The notes beneath the pieces were generated by a model that was given only the letters and a program-made list of their open reading frames with translations, did not search any database and was not told the DNA's origin. Shown piece by piece: positions 40,801 to 53,800 of a DNA stretch of 64,000 bases (positions within the stretch are counted from its first letter, which is position 1; every line of letters starts with the position of its first letter). The stretch spans positions 33,666,001-33,730,000 of the forward strand of contig OX597815.1 of assembly GCA_951406725.2 (NCBI GenBank). Reading direction: 5' to 3'. Origin of the DNA: Octopus vulgaris. Lineage: Eukaryota. A program made the position numbers and the translations under genes.

Positions 40801-41776
40801 AAAATGCTGAAAATGTGACATGCTTTGCTAAATGTATAATGTTGGTGTACATGAATCACAGAGCACAAATGAACCTAGAGAGAAAAATTGAGACTAAAAG
40901 ATATTGCATGCATGAGAGAAGATTGAACTGATGTACACATGTAAATCAAATGAAGGAGTGATTGTTGCATATATATGGGTCAAGTAATCCATATTGAGAG
41001 AACCTGCAGAGGAGGAAAAACTAATAATGTAGTAATGGATGATCTCAAGAGATAGTGTCTCACAGTGAAGGTCAACATTATTATTAATATTATTTATTTT
41101 TTTCACTTGATTGTCTCCTTTTCTAATACTGTTATATCATCTTGTAGGTTCAACCACTACGAAGTGATGGCCGACCGATAGGGGATAAAATGTTTGTTCG
41201 GACAGGCTTGTTAGGATTTTTAGGCCCCGTAAGTAATTGGTTTGGATTGAAATCCTTTTTCTGTATATTTGTAATACTTTTTCCAAAAATGAACTTTGTA
41301 TACTCCAACAACAGTTGAAACAATCTCTTTAAATCATATTAAAGTACTTGTTTTAACATCATAAACCATCAACATGAGTTACACATTAAATTGTGGTGGA
41401 TTTTTTTTCTTTTGTATTTATTTATGATGTTTGGTACTTGTGTGTAGAAAATGTGAAAGGCAACAATACAAAAAATGTGTATAAGAGTAGAAGTCAATCT
41501 TGAGTCCTGCATGGCACCAGTGCCTTCAACCATGGTCAACTAGTACCACTCAACCCTACCATTTGTTGGAGATGGTATTTTCTTGCTTTTCTAAAATAAA
41601 AGCGACTAATGGACTTATTTGAAAAGATGCAATTATAAACATGTTGTTTCAAACATTTGTAAGAAAATAGCATAACAAAATGAAGAACTCTTGTCTTTAT
41701 GCATAAGTTTGTAAAGAAGCCAATTTTTTGAATAAAATCTAATACCCACCCTACATGCACTCTCTCTCTCTTTTTC

Positions 41777-41826
<50 letters not shown>

Positions 41827-44800
41827 ACCTCATCCACTTCTTGAACAATGCTGTAATCACTATTGTTTTACTTCTGTTATATGATTTTCTAAAATTAGTT
41901 TTCTATCAGAAGTCTTATGAGCGTGAATGCTAATTCTTTTATAACTATTTCTGCTGCCTGAGTTAGTGCTGTAATTTTTAAAATACTAACTTTGAATGTC
42001 TTTTTTTTTTTTTCAGGGGGGGTTAGTCTTTGTATGTGGAAGTAAAGAAGGTTTAATGACTGTATCTGGGCGAAGACATAATACAGATGATATTATTGCC
42101 ACTGTTTTAGCTGTTGAACCAATGAAATTTATCTATAGAGGAAGGTAAATATATATTTATGTTTTTTCTACATTAGCTTCATACACATTATCAATGAGAT
42201 CTGGCAGAAATAGAACTGGCCAACACTGTAGAACATCACATTGTTTGCATTGCAATATTTAGTTGCATCCTTTTCTGTTGTTAAACTGTCAATAAGCTTT
42301 ACGCTTTTTATTCATCTATGGTTGCTAATATAGGGAATGGCCATAACAAATGAAAGTAAGCCAGGGCTACATTACATTAACAATCATCTTCATCATCATC
42401 ATCATCATCATTATTTAACATCCATTTCCCTTGCTGGCATGAGTTAGACGTTTTGACTGAAAACTGGCAAGCTGGGAAGCTGCACCAGGTTCCAATCTGC
42501 TTTGGCATGGTTCCTACAGTTGAATGCCCTTCCTAATGCCAATCACCCTAAGAGTGTAGTGAGTGCTTTTTACGTGCCACCAGCACATATACCAGTTATG
42601 CGACTCTGGCATCAGCCACAACTACGATATCACTTGGCTTGACAGGTCTTCTCAAGCATGGCATATTGCCAAAGGTCTCGTCACTTGTCATTGCCTCCAT
42701 GAGGCCCAAAGTTCAAAGATCATGCTTCACCACTTTTTTCTATGTCTTCCTGTGTCAACCTCTTCCATAGGTTCCCTCCATCATTAGACCTGAGAGCTTC
42801 TTCACACAACTTAAAATTTATAAGTCTTGTACTTATATATGAAACAACTATTTTTATTGTCAGAGCAGTTATATAGATACAGACAGAGAATAACTTTGTA
42901 TGAAACAGAGAAACATTAAAATATTACTTGTAATACTTGGTTAAGGTTGGAATACTGTAATTTCTTTCATGAACTCACCTCTGTACCATGTGGAAAAATT
43001 ATTTCATTTGTCTTTTATTCTAGAATTGCCGTCTTTTCTATAAATGTTCTGAAAGATGAAAGAATTGTGATTATTGCTGAACAAAGACCAGATTGCTCAG
43101 AAGAAGAAGTAAGCAAATTCTTTAACTCAGGAAGGTTCATATCAAAGATATGAGCCTTCCTCAGATTGCCCCTGGTTTTGTGATTTAAAAATTCCCACTT
43201 TAAAGTGATCTAAATTTAAACTTTTCGCCAAAATTTCATGTTAATCCATGTCCTAACCACCAATTTAATTTTGACTGTTATTTTACTAAATTCTTACTTT
43301 TTAAATTATTTGAAACATTGTAGTGTATTACACCCACTTTATCCATTTTTTTTTTAGTTTAATAATCTATTTAAAAAGTATTTATCATAAACATTAAAAT
43401 AGATATATTAATCTTTTCATTTCATTCTAAACCTTAAGATGATTGTCTGAAGCTTTTCATTCCTTTGTAATCATTAAATAAAAATATATATCTAGCATCA
43501 TATACATGCTACAAGAGGTACAATAAGAAATTTTTCTGAGATGTCATTTCCTGTTTGCAAAAAAAAAAAAAAAAACTGATGATAATATCAATTTGTGAAG
43601 TTGAACATAATATTCTGAATTGAACATCCCTTCCTTACATTCAAGCTCATGTAGCACAAAACTTTACTCAATCAGTTTTAAGAAGTACTGTATAGGTTTT
43701 TAGATGAGCTCTTTTCTTGTCCACCTCCCTACATCTTTTTTAAATGTCTTTATATTAATATTTCAGTAAACATGGATATATTTCCATTATTTTCAGGGCA
43801 GATATTTCCAAAAATTTTATATTCATTTTTAAGATTAATCATTTAAACATCAAATGGGAAATTTACTGCATTAAGGGATTTACATGAGAATATGATATAA
43901 TGTTTGTCAGCTTTGAACTCTTCAGTTCTTTATTAAAAATTCATACACACTAGGTACTCAATGAGTTTAGAGTGAATAAGTGTACATAAATATTATGAAT
44001 TATTTCTCTATATTTGTATCTAACTTCTTTATGATTTTTGCTATATCGGTGCAGTATTTCTAGTTTATCTCTCATATTATACTTGACATTTTTCACATTT
44101 CCTTCTTTTTTTTTTCACAGAGTTTCCAATGGATGAGTCGTGTTCTACAGGCTGTAGATAGCATCCACCAAGTTGGGGTGTATTGTTTAGCTCTAGTGCC
44201 CCCGAATTACCTGCCAAAGGTAAATGACTTCACTTCTTTGAACCTTCAATATCTCCTCTAATTTTATCTATTTTATCAACAATATCAATTTCATATTACA
44301 TTTATAAAGTCTTTATTAATTATTATCTGTTGTTACTTAATTATTATTGGTTAGTACTGTGAAGAGTACATTTTGGATTCATTTACTATATTGCTTGGTT
44401 ACTTCACAGCATGAAGTTCACTTCAGCTCAGAGTTGACAAAACAAGTAACTGAAATCAGAGTTCAGTCAACTGTTTTTCCATTTTTACCCTATAAAAGTA
44501 GTTGCAAATGTATTTTTAAAAAGTGTTTCTTAAAGATTTAATTGACAATTCACTTTTGTCTGATATTTTTCGAACAATATTTTTGAATGGCTTTAAAGGG
44601 TGTTAACTTTTACAATTTAGTAAACCAGTGTTTGAAACTACATACTCTTATTGTCTTATTCAGTTTTTTGTCATTAAATAAAAAATTTGATATCAGTGGT
44701 ATCAATATATATATAAGTATATTAATTATATTAATCTTGTAATTTATCTTTTAGACCCCACTTGGTGGCATCCATCTTTATGAGACAAAGGCCAAATTTT

Positions 44801-47800
44801 TGGATGGTTGCTTACATCCTGCCAATGTACTAATGTGTCCGCACACATGTGTAACAAACTTGCCTAAACCTCGAGAACACCATCCAGGTGAGATTACAAT
44901 TCATAAAATCATTTGCATGAGTTTGATAGTATTACATTACCATTGTCCCTGTTTCGCTCAATTAATTCTAATAGCAATATTGATACAAATCTTATCTCAT
45001 AAAATGGCAGTTAATATTTAATTCAAGATGCTTCAATAACATATATGCAACTGTTTTACATTCTCATAGATCCAGTTATTAATAGCAAAAGAACACAAAA
45101 GATTAGAAGACATCCTTTCTAATACAGTGCAAAACAACTAGAAATGAAAACATATTATTATCTTCAATTTGTCACTTATTGTTATTACTTTTACAAATTA
45201 TTCTATTTCTGTTTTGTAGATCATTTTCTATTTTTAAAAATAATTGAGTAAATTATGTGATATGTTTTCATATTTTTAGCCTATACTTGATGCCATAATG
45301 AGCTCTTACTTCAACCTCAATTTTTACCTGTTTTAGTAAACTAAAATCAGCTAACGAGACTAGTATTGCCTTTCACCACTTAATTGTCTCTAACTTTACT
45401 TAAATCATCTGTATCTTATTTCAATTTTTTTGCTTTTGTTGTTTTTAAAGAAAGGCTTGCATTATTCTTCTAACTTTGTTTGTTTTTATTATTTATCTAA
45501 CCAGTGGTTCTCAACTTTTTGCAAAAAGAGAATAGCTGATTATTTTGGTTAAACACAAATTCATTTGTTTTGGTTGTTTATTATCCCATCCCAGATGTGC
45601 CTCTATTTGGATATTTGCTTGACTAGTGACCTCTATGTTATGGAAATTACTAAAGAAAGCAAGGATTTATATAATAAAATTATGTTGGTGTCTCATTAGT
45701 TGTGCTTTTGCTTACTGATAATTCACTGTCCTGTTCATCATATTTTTAATCTCAGCAAAGATCTTTCGAAATTGTTTATGATAGAAATATTGTAGCTGGT
45801 TTAAATATTTTATCTCTAAGAAAATTACTTCTCTACACACATAGTGTCTCCCACATGCGTCTAATGGAATGTTGCTGCTTTGGTTAGAAACTACGAATAT
45901 AAACCATTGCAGTTAACAGTTGCCTCCTTGCAGTCTGCAAATTAGATTTAAATAACCTGGAGATGTTCAAGTTCTTCCATAAGATGGGGATTTTGAAACA
46001 TGCCCCTGCCCCTTCACACATGGTTTCTTCAACTTTGGACACTTAAATACCTGTCCTTCTATATTTTAGCTAGTTTGTCCTAAGAGATGTAATTAGAACA
46101 CAAAAATGTAATTAGGCTGAAACTAATAATCTTGTATGATGTTTTCAAAGCCATTGAACTTTTAATAAGAAAATAACCTCCATAACATATAATCTGAATT
46201 ATTTGATATTTGTTCAGAAATAAATTAGTAGCTTCAATCTGACAAGTTCTTGAAGGGCTATGGGCATTACTGCTCTTGCTTAGCCTTTATAAAATAGTCT
46301 ACTTAAATCTGCAGAAGACCAAATGATTCCCCTTGCTTTTATCATTATTCTAAGAGTCTCTGAACTGAACCAAAACCTACCCTATCCATTTTGATCATAC
46401 TGACTTTATTATATCATAAAATTTAACCCTCTGTATTTAGATAAGTTTGCTTCATAAATACAATGTATGCATGTTAATTGTGTTTGTATTGCTTTAACTG
46501 TTTTTCTCCCTTGTTTTATTGTAATTAGTAATAATAATATGACTTTTTGTTGGACTAATAAACTATATTTTAGTTGTCCCATTAATTATAATAGGTTCTC
46601 TTGCAGATGTCACCCCTTCAGCAGTTCATGTTGGGAATATCGTTCAAGGCATGAGGCTAGCCTGGGCCCAAGGTCGTGAATTTCTCAACTGTGAAGAAGA
46701 TGGTGACCAAGGAAAGAAGGTAAATTTATATAAGAAGCTTCATTTCATTTTCAGAACTACATTCCTTCCTTCCTTTTCCCCCATTTTTTAGCTAGAAGGG
46801 ATGGCAGTGTCCATAACACTTTACAGGGCTTCTTAGACTGGTGGGAGTGGTGTGCATTTTGTGTATTTCCCCATGCAAACATCAAACAACAACAGTGGCC
46901 ATTAAAGACATTTAGTTCTCTTTTCTCTAATCTATAAGCTCTATCTATTCCCTTTACACTTAGTGTGAAAAAAATTCTAAATTGTATCTCAACATAATTT
47001 TAATATTTCATGAGTCCAGGCTGACTAATATTGTTAAATAGTATCACTATATCCCACATTAGTAGTTTCCCAACTTATCTGATTGCTCTATTTCAAGAAC
47101 AATTTCCATATATTATCTTACATTCAATTATTTAATCTCAATAGTTATCCATCTATTTTTTAAAAGGAAACTATTAGAGAGAGAGTTTGCTTTCCAAATA
47201 ACCTTTCCCTCAGTGTTCCTAAAGGTGTATCCTAAAGTTTTGCTGCTTTGTTTTCAATGATTTTCAAACAGCAATTTAAAGGCTGCAGTATTGCTTATGT
47301 TAAGACTACCAACTCTCCTTTGAGGAGACTTATAAGCTACCATTAATAGACAGTGGTATATACTATAGTCTTCAAATTACTCTGTTCTGACTGGCAAGAT
47401 CAATTATGGTATTTTATGGAAGTTCCTTCATACAGTGTTCATTGAAATTCTTTTAAGACTTTCTCATACATTAGATTTTGTTTACATTAGGTGTAGCCAA
47501 GTGAGATCGTAGTTGTGGCCAATACTGGTGTTGCATAACTGGCATGTAAAAAGCACCCACTACACTCTTGGAGTGGTTGACATTAGATTGGAACCTGGTG
47601 CAACTCCCCAGTTTTCAGTCAAACAATCAATCCCATGCCAGCATGGAAAAAGGAGGTTAAATAATAATGATGATGCTCCCACTGTGTTCACTTCATCCCT
47701 GTTGTAACTTATATTTAAATTAGCGGGATGAGGTGGTGAAGCGCAACCTTCGAATGTTGGGCCTCACCGAGGTGATGACAAGTGACTGAGACCTTTGCTG

Positions 47801-50800
47801 TGCTTGAGAAGACCCAGCAAGCCAAGTGAGACCATAACCATGGCCTATGCCAATGCAGCATAACCAGCCCATTTAAGAGTACCCCTCAATCATTGGGTAA
47901 CAAACTTCACTTGCGATTACCTGTTGAGATAAGTGAAGTCATTGTCATAGCCAATGACAGTAACGCTTGATTGGCGCTCATACCGATGGCATGTAAAAAG
48001 CATCATTCGAACATGGTCAATGTCAGTGCCAACTGATTGGTTCCTGTGCCAGTAGCACGTAAAAAGCACCTTTTAAGCGTGGCCGTTGCCAGTGCCATCT
48101 GACTGGCCCTCATGCCGGTGACATGTAAAAAGCACCCACTACACTCTCAGAGTGGTTGGCGTTGGGAAGGACATCCAGCTGTAGAAACTTTGCAAGATCG
48201 GATTGGAGCCTGGTGTAGCCTTCTAGCTTGCTAGCCCTCAGTCAAACCTTCCAACCCATGGAAAATGGACATTAAACGATGATGATGATGATGATATATA
48301 TATATGAAACATCAAAAATACCATCTTCAGAAAGGAAATATAAAATTTAGAGAATAGTCTTAGATACTTTGTCTGAAAATAAGATGGGAGGGGTATGGCT
48401 GGAACACTTTGATCTTTATTGACTTGAACAATAACATCATCTGATCTGGAACATAACTCCATTTCATATAGCACAACTTCTAAAGTATGAGATCTATATT
48501 TATCTTATTTCTCACTCTAGCTCCAGTATAAAAAAAAAAAAAGGCACTACCTTCGACCATTTGGCTATTAGTCATTTTAAATGCTAGGTTAAAGGAGAAA
48601 GAAAAATAATGTGACAAGCATCAGAGAAGCAGGAGAAATACATCAGTCACAATAGATGGGAAATGTAACTGGCAAGTTTAACAAAATTTATTATAGCAAT
48701 CCTAAGATGGCAAAGAGAAGATATAGTACAATGATTTACCGTTATCTAAGTTGAGCAATTTACTGAATGGTTTCCTTTTGAATCTAATCTAAGATGATTG
48801 CGATTAAAGGAGTCACTGAGGTATTACATATAAAAACTATACTCCATAGTGAAGTAGTGCTGCCATACAGACATCATCTTCTTCATCATTTAATGTCCAT
48901 TTTCCATGCTGGCATGGGTTGGACAGTTGGTAGCTGTTTAGGGTTAATGTCTTTTGTTGCTGTCAACTGTGATCAAGTAGACTTATTATCAAAGGAATTC
49001 CAACTATAACCATCTCATTTTTTTCCAAAGATAAATAAGACTACATTATATGATGTTCATTGTCCTTATTTAAGACCATAGAGTGTGATTCGAAGGTTAT
49101 TTCTTGATTTGATTGTGTTTGATATATTAGCTCATTGGCATTTCATTTACAACTAATGAGTCTCTATTATGGTCACTTGACTGAAAGTAGCACTGAACTA
49201 TCCCTCATATCATACCCCGCATTCATAAATATAGAAATGCACATTAGCCTAATATAGTCCTAGATAACTAAAAAGATGAGATGATTATTGACAGAATGCT
49301 TTTAATCATGCTAGTAGGGTATTAAGAGCACCATCCGAGCGTGATCATTGCCAGAGCGGCTATCTGGCCTCCGTACCGGTGGCATGTAAAAGACACCATT
49401 CGAGCGTGATGGTTACCAGCATCGCCTTACTGGCACCTGTGCCGGTGGCATGTGTAAAGGATTCAAGCGAGGTCGTTGCCAGTATCGCCTGACTGGCACA
49501 TAAAAGCACCCACTACACTCTCAGAGTGGTTGGTGTTAGGAAGGGCATCCAGCTGTAGAAACTCTGCCAGATCAAGATTGAGGCCTGGTGCAGCCATCTG
49601 GTTCGCCAGCCCTCAGTCAATTGCCCAACCCATGCTAGCATGGAAAGCGGACATTAAATGATGGTGATGATGTGCCTTTACTGCTTTTCATTTGATGTTG
49701 TTTTCTTTTAATCATTTCCCAACTCATCTCCATGCATATGTATTTCTTTTCATATCTCACTTCATCAATTTTCTCTTTGATAATTTAAATATATAATATT
49801 GTAGCAGCCAGTTATAGTTAATATTTACTAAATTGTGCATTTATTTTCTTTTTCTTTCACAGCATCAATTCCTGACAGAGATCCTTCGATGGCGGTCACA
49901 ATCAAACCCAGATCATATTGTTTTCACTTTGCTCAATTCAAAGGTACAAGCACATTACTGATATTCTACATTAAAATAAAACCTTTAAAATGTTTAATGT
50001 TTTGAACCCAAAAGGACAAAGAGAAATGGAGTGTTTGTTTCCTCTCACCTTGGAACCTTGTATTCTTTGAGATGGTTCCAATAGTAGCTTCTTGAAAATT
50101 TGTTTCATATATAAATGATTTAGTACTAAAAGCTTCTATCCAATTTGTGGTTCACAGCATAAGTAATCAAGTGGTTGTATACTGCCACAAAGATACTAAT
50201 TTTTGTGCTGTGAAGTCTTTCATATTGAAGTGTCAACACGTCTCTTAGTTCCAATGGACTGTAGCTTGTGTACATTTTATAGAGTTCTATTATTACATTA
50301 ACTTATCTCTTCTGATGTATGCTTATACATTTGTGTTTTTAACTCCTCCTACTCTATCAGGTACAGTGATCCTGAGTGTTTTCATTGAGACTGCATTGAA
50401 TTAGCAACTCTGTGATGCTCTGTTCATAGTTGATGTAGATTCATTCTGGATGTAATTTCAAACTGCTTTTCCATAGGCAGCTACAATTCCAAAGTGCAGT
50501 TCTTAATAAAAATAAAACATGTTATATGTAAACATCTTTATTTATTTAGTCTCTCTTTTTCTCCTATTATAAATCTTTTTTTTCTCTTGTTTCTAGGTGC
50601 AACCTGCACTTGTGATGACTTGCTCGCAATTACATAAGAAGGCTGAACGTATTGGTTGCCTACTGATGGAGAAGGGTCGTCTCAACACAGGAGACCATGT
50701 AGCTTTGGTTTACCCACCAGGTAAATAAATGCTGATGTATATATTTTTAAAGATTACATTTATCTATCAATCATTATGAGTACCCCATATATACAACTAA

Positions 50801-53800
50801 AATGTTTACCATTAACCACTAATTACAGTAATACTTTTCTTAATGTTTTTTTCTTTTATTTTAAATAGGGCTGGACTTAGTTACTGCATTTTATGGCTGC
50901 CTTTTTGTGGGTAAGTAAAGAATTCACATTGTGCTTCTTATTGTAGTATTGTTGCTATGTAAACCCAGAATTTGCAGGCACTCAACCTTCTATATCTTGC
51001 AGGTTAATTGCTTGTGTAGAAGTTGCCTCATTGGCTTGCATATTATTGTTTTTGTTGTTATTACTAATGGTGTTAAGTAATGGAGTTGTTTAAATATATT
51101 GTAACCCTTTCTCAAAGTTTGGAGCTTTGTACGAATGTTAGAAATTATTATCAACATAATTATTATTGCTATTGTTATTTTGCTGGAAGAATCATTAGAG
51201 TATTGGAAAAAATATTTTGCAGTATTTAGTTACAGCTTTTCATACTCAGAGTTCAAATCTTGACATGACCAAGTTTGCTTTTTATTCTTTTAGTCATGTA
51301 TCTGATTCAAACTTGCTTGCCTTGTGCTAAATTAGAAACAGTATTCTGGTGGGGGATTGGTAGGTTTGTTAAAGTATCAAACAAACTACCTTGTAATATT
51401 TATTCTAGCTCTTTACATTCTAATTTCAAATCTCACCAAAGTCAACTTTGCTTTCATCCTTCCAGGGTTGATAAAATAAAGTATCGGTGGTTGCTTTAAT
51501 TAAATTACCTCTGTCCTCAAGATTACTGGGTTTGTGCCTAAATTAGAAATTATTAAGGGTGGTGGATTGGCAGAATCATTAGAGTGTCAAGCCAAAGATG
51601 TAAAGAGCTGGAAGAAATGCCTTGCAGCATTTGATCCAGTTTTTTATTTTATTTTTTTGAGTTCAATTCCTACTACATTCAACTTTGTTTTTCATCTTTC
51701 TGAAGTTTATAAAATAAAGAACCAGTTAAATACTAGCTTCAGTGTAACAATCTGTTCCACAACCACCACACTAAAAATACAAGACCTTGTTTCTATGTAA
51801 GAAATTTTTTTTGTTCATTTATAAATTCTCAATGAGCAGATTTATGGGAAAATTCCAAAGAAATTAGTCTTGACAATGTGTATTTTGTAAAGTTAGCATT
51901 ACACTTTTGATTTCGAGATTGAGACAGTTCAAGAAAAGTCCCCATCCCACAGTTTCTTTTCAAATGTTCCTTGGAGGAAAAGTCCTAAAGTATTCCTTGT
52001 TCTCTTTCCAGGTTGTGTGCCTGTTACAATAAGACCACCACACCCACAGAATGTAGCCACTACCCTACCCACAGTTAGAATGATTGTTGAAGTAAGCAAG
52101 TCTGTGGCAATCCTTACAAATAACCCTATTGTTAAACTGCTGAAAAGTAAAGTAAGTAATCCTTTCTCTGTTTCACTTTTATATACTTGTAGCTTGTTAG
52201 ATAGATTTTTGACACTCTGCTTCTAAAAATTGTTCACATAGCCCAACATTATGTTGGCATCCATATGCTTTTGTTTGTGTCTGTCTTTACCAGTTATCCC
52301 TTTGTTCATTTGTTTGTAAAATTGGCAAGTGGGTGTCCATATATATAGTCTGTTCCTAGTTAATACAAATGAAAATAGTTCAGAAGTTGTAAGTCCATTT
52401 TTAACAAGCTATATATAAGGGTAGTGTCATTATTGACAAAGTTTGTTCTTGATTTCATTAACAGGAAGCAGGTGCTGTTGTTGATCCCAAGACTTGGCCT
52501 CAGCTCTTAGATACTGATGACCTTGGCAAGAAGAAATTATCAGTTGTCTACCGTGCACCTACACCTGAGATGCTCTGTTACCTCGATTTCAGTGTGTCAA
52601 CTACAGGAATGCTTGCTGGAGTCAAGGTAAGACTCTTATTTTCTCTTTTAATAAACATCAAAAATATAATTTTTGCGCATGCAGACATATTTTCCCTAAT
52701 GATAATTTGTCTGTTTGAATCTCTGTACTGAGGTGAATATTACCAAAATTTCTGCTTCATATTACATCCAATTTTCTCTAAATACATATTAACGTATTTT
52801 TACTTAAATTCACTCAGAAATTCTAGTTTTTATAAAATGATACACTCATTTACACATACTGAATGAAATTCTTTAAATACCATAAAACTTATATGATTTG
52901 AGTACTTCATAGGAATTGATGGTAAAGCATTGTAAAGATTAATAAAATATTAAAATATAATTGAATACTTTCTTATATTTACTTATATCTCTGATCAATA
53001 ATGTTTTATCTTTATTTATTGCATATTAGATGTCTCATGCTGCTGCCACAGCTCTTTGTCGATCTCAGAAACTCCAATGTGAGCTGTATCCCTCCAGAGA
53101 CGTAGCCCTCTGCCTTGACCCATACTGTGGTCTTGGCTTTGTGTTATGGTGTTTGAGTAGGTAAGTACATGTGCAATCCACTTTATATGCCTTGCATAAG
53201 TTTTACTGAACAGTTGATAAATTATTGTTAGTGTGGTGTGGGGAAATCTGTCACTAAATCAATGGTGATATTGATAAACATTTTAATTTTTATTTCCTTC
53301 TATAAATTAAAAAAAAAAAGAAGAAAATTATTTGCTCTTTTCATCATCATCATCTCATCAAATTTTCTTCCTACTGCCTTAGATATAAAACATCTGTAAA
53401 TTTGCTTCTTTTCAAATGTCATAGACACAGTTATTTATTGGGTTATTTTCTTAGTTGTATATCTTCACTATTTTGATGTTCTTTGTTTCATTTTCCAGCA
53501 TTTATTCTGGCCACCATTCCATATTGATTCCCCCATCAGAAGTGGAAGCCAACCCAGCAGTATGGTTAACTGCTGTCCATAACTACAAAAGTAAGAATTT
53601 ATTTTTTTTAGTTTTATTGAACTTTAAACATTTGCTTATAAAGAATTTCACATGAAACTCCAACTCTTGAAACAATCTGGATTTCTATAAGAAAATATGA
53701 CTGTTATATTAAGCAAATCAAGTAATGTGACTGTTTTATATGCCATGTGATTGTCCTCTTAGGAAGTAATAGGATTATTATATTGGTAAGTAATGTGATA

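Noticed and set aside
47980-48140. Regularly spaced repeats resembling a CRISPR array
   Set aside because: Spacers are homologous to each other, the array sits in an RTE 3' UTR, the context is a eukaryotic intron and there are no cas genes
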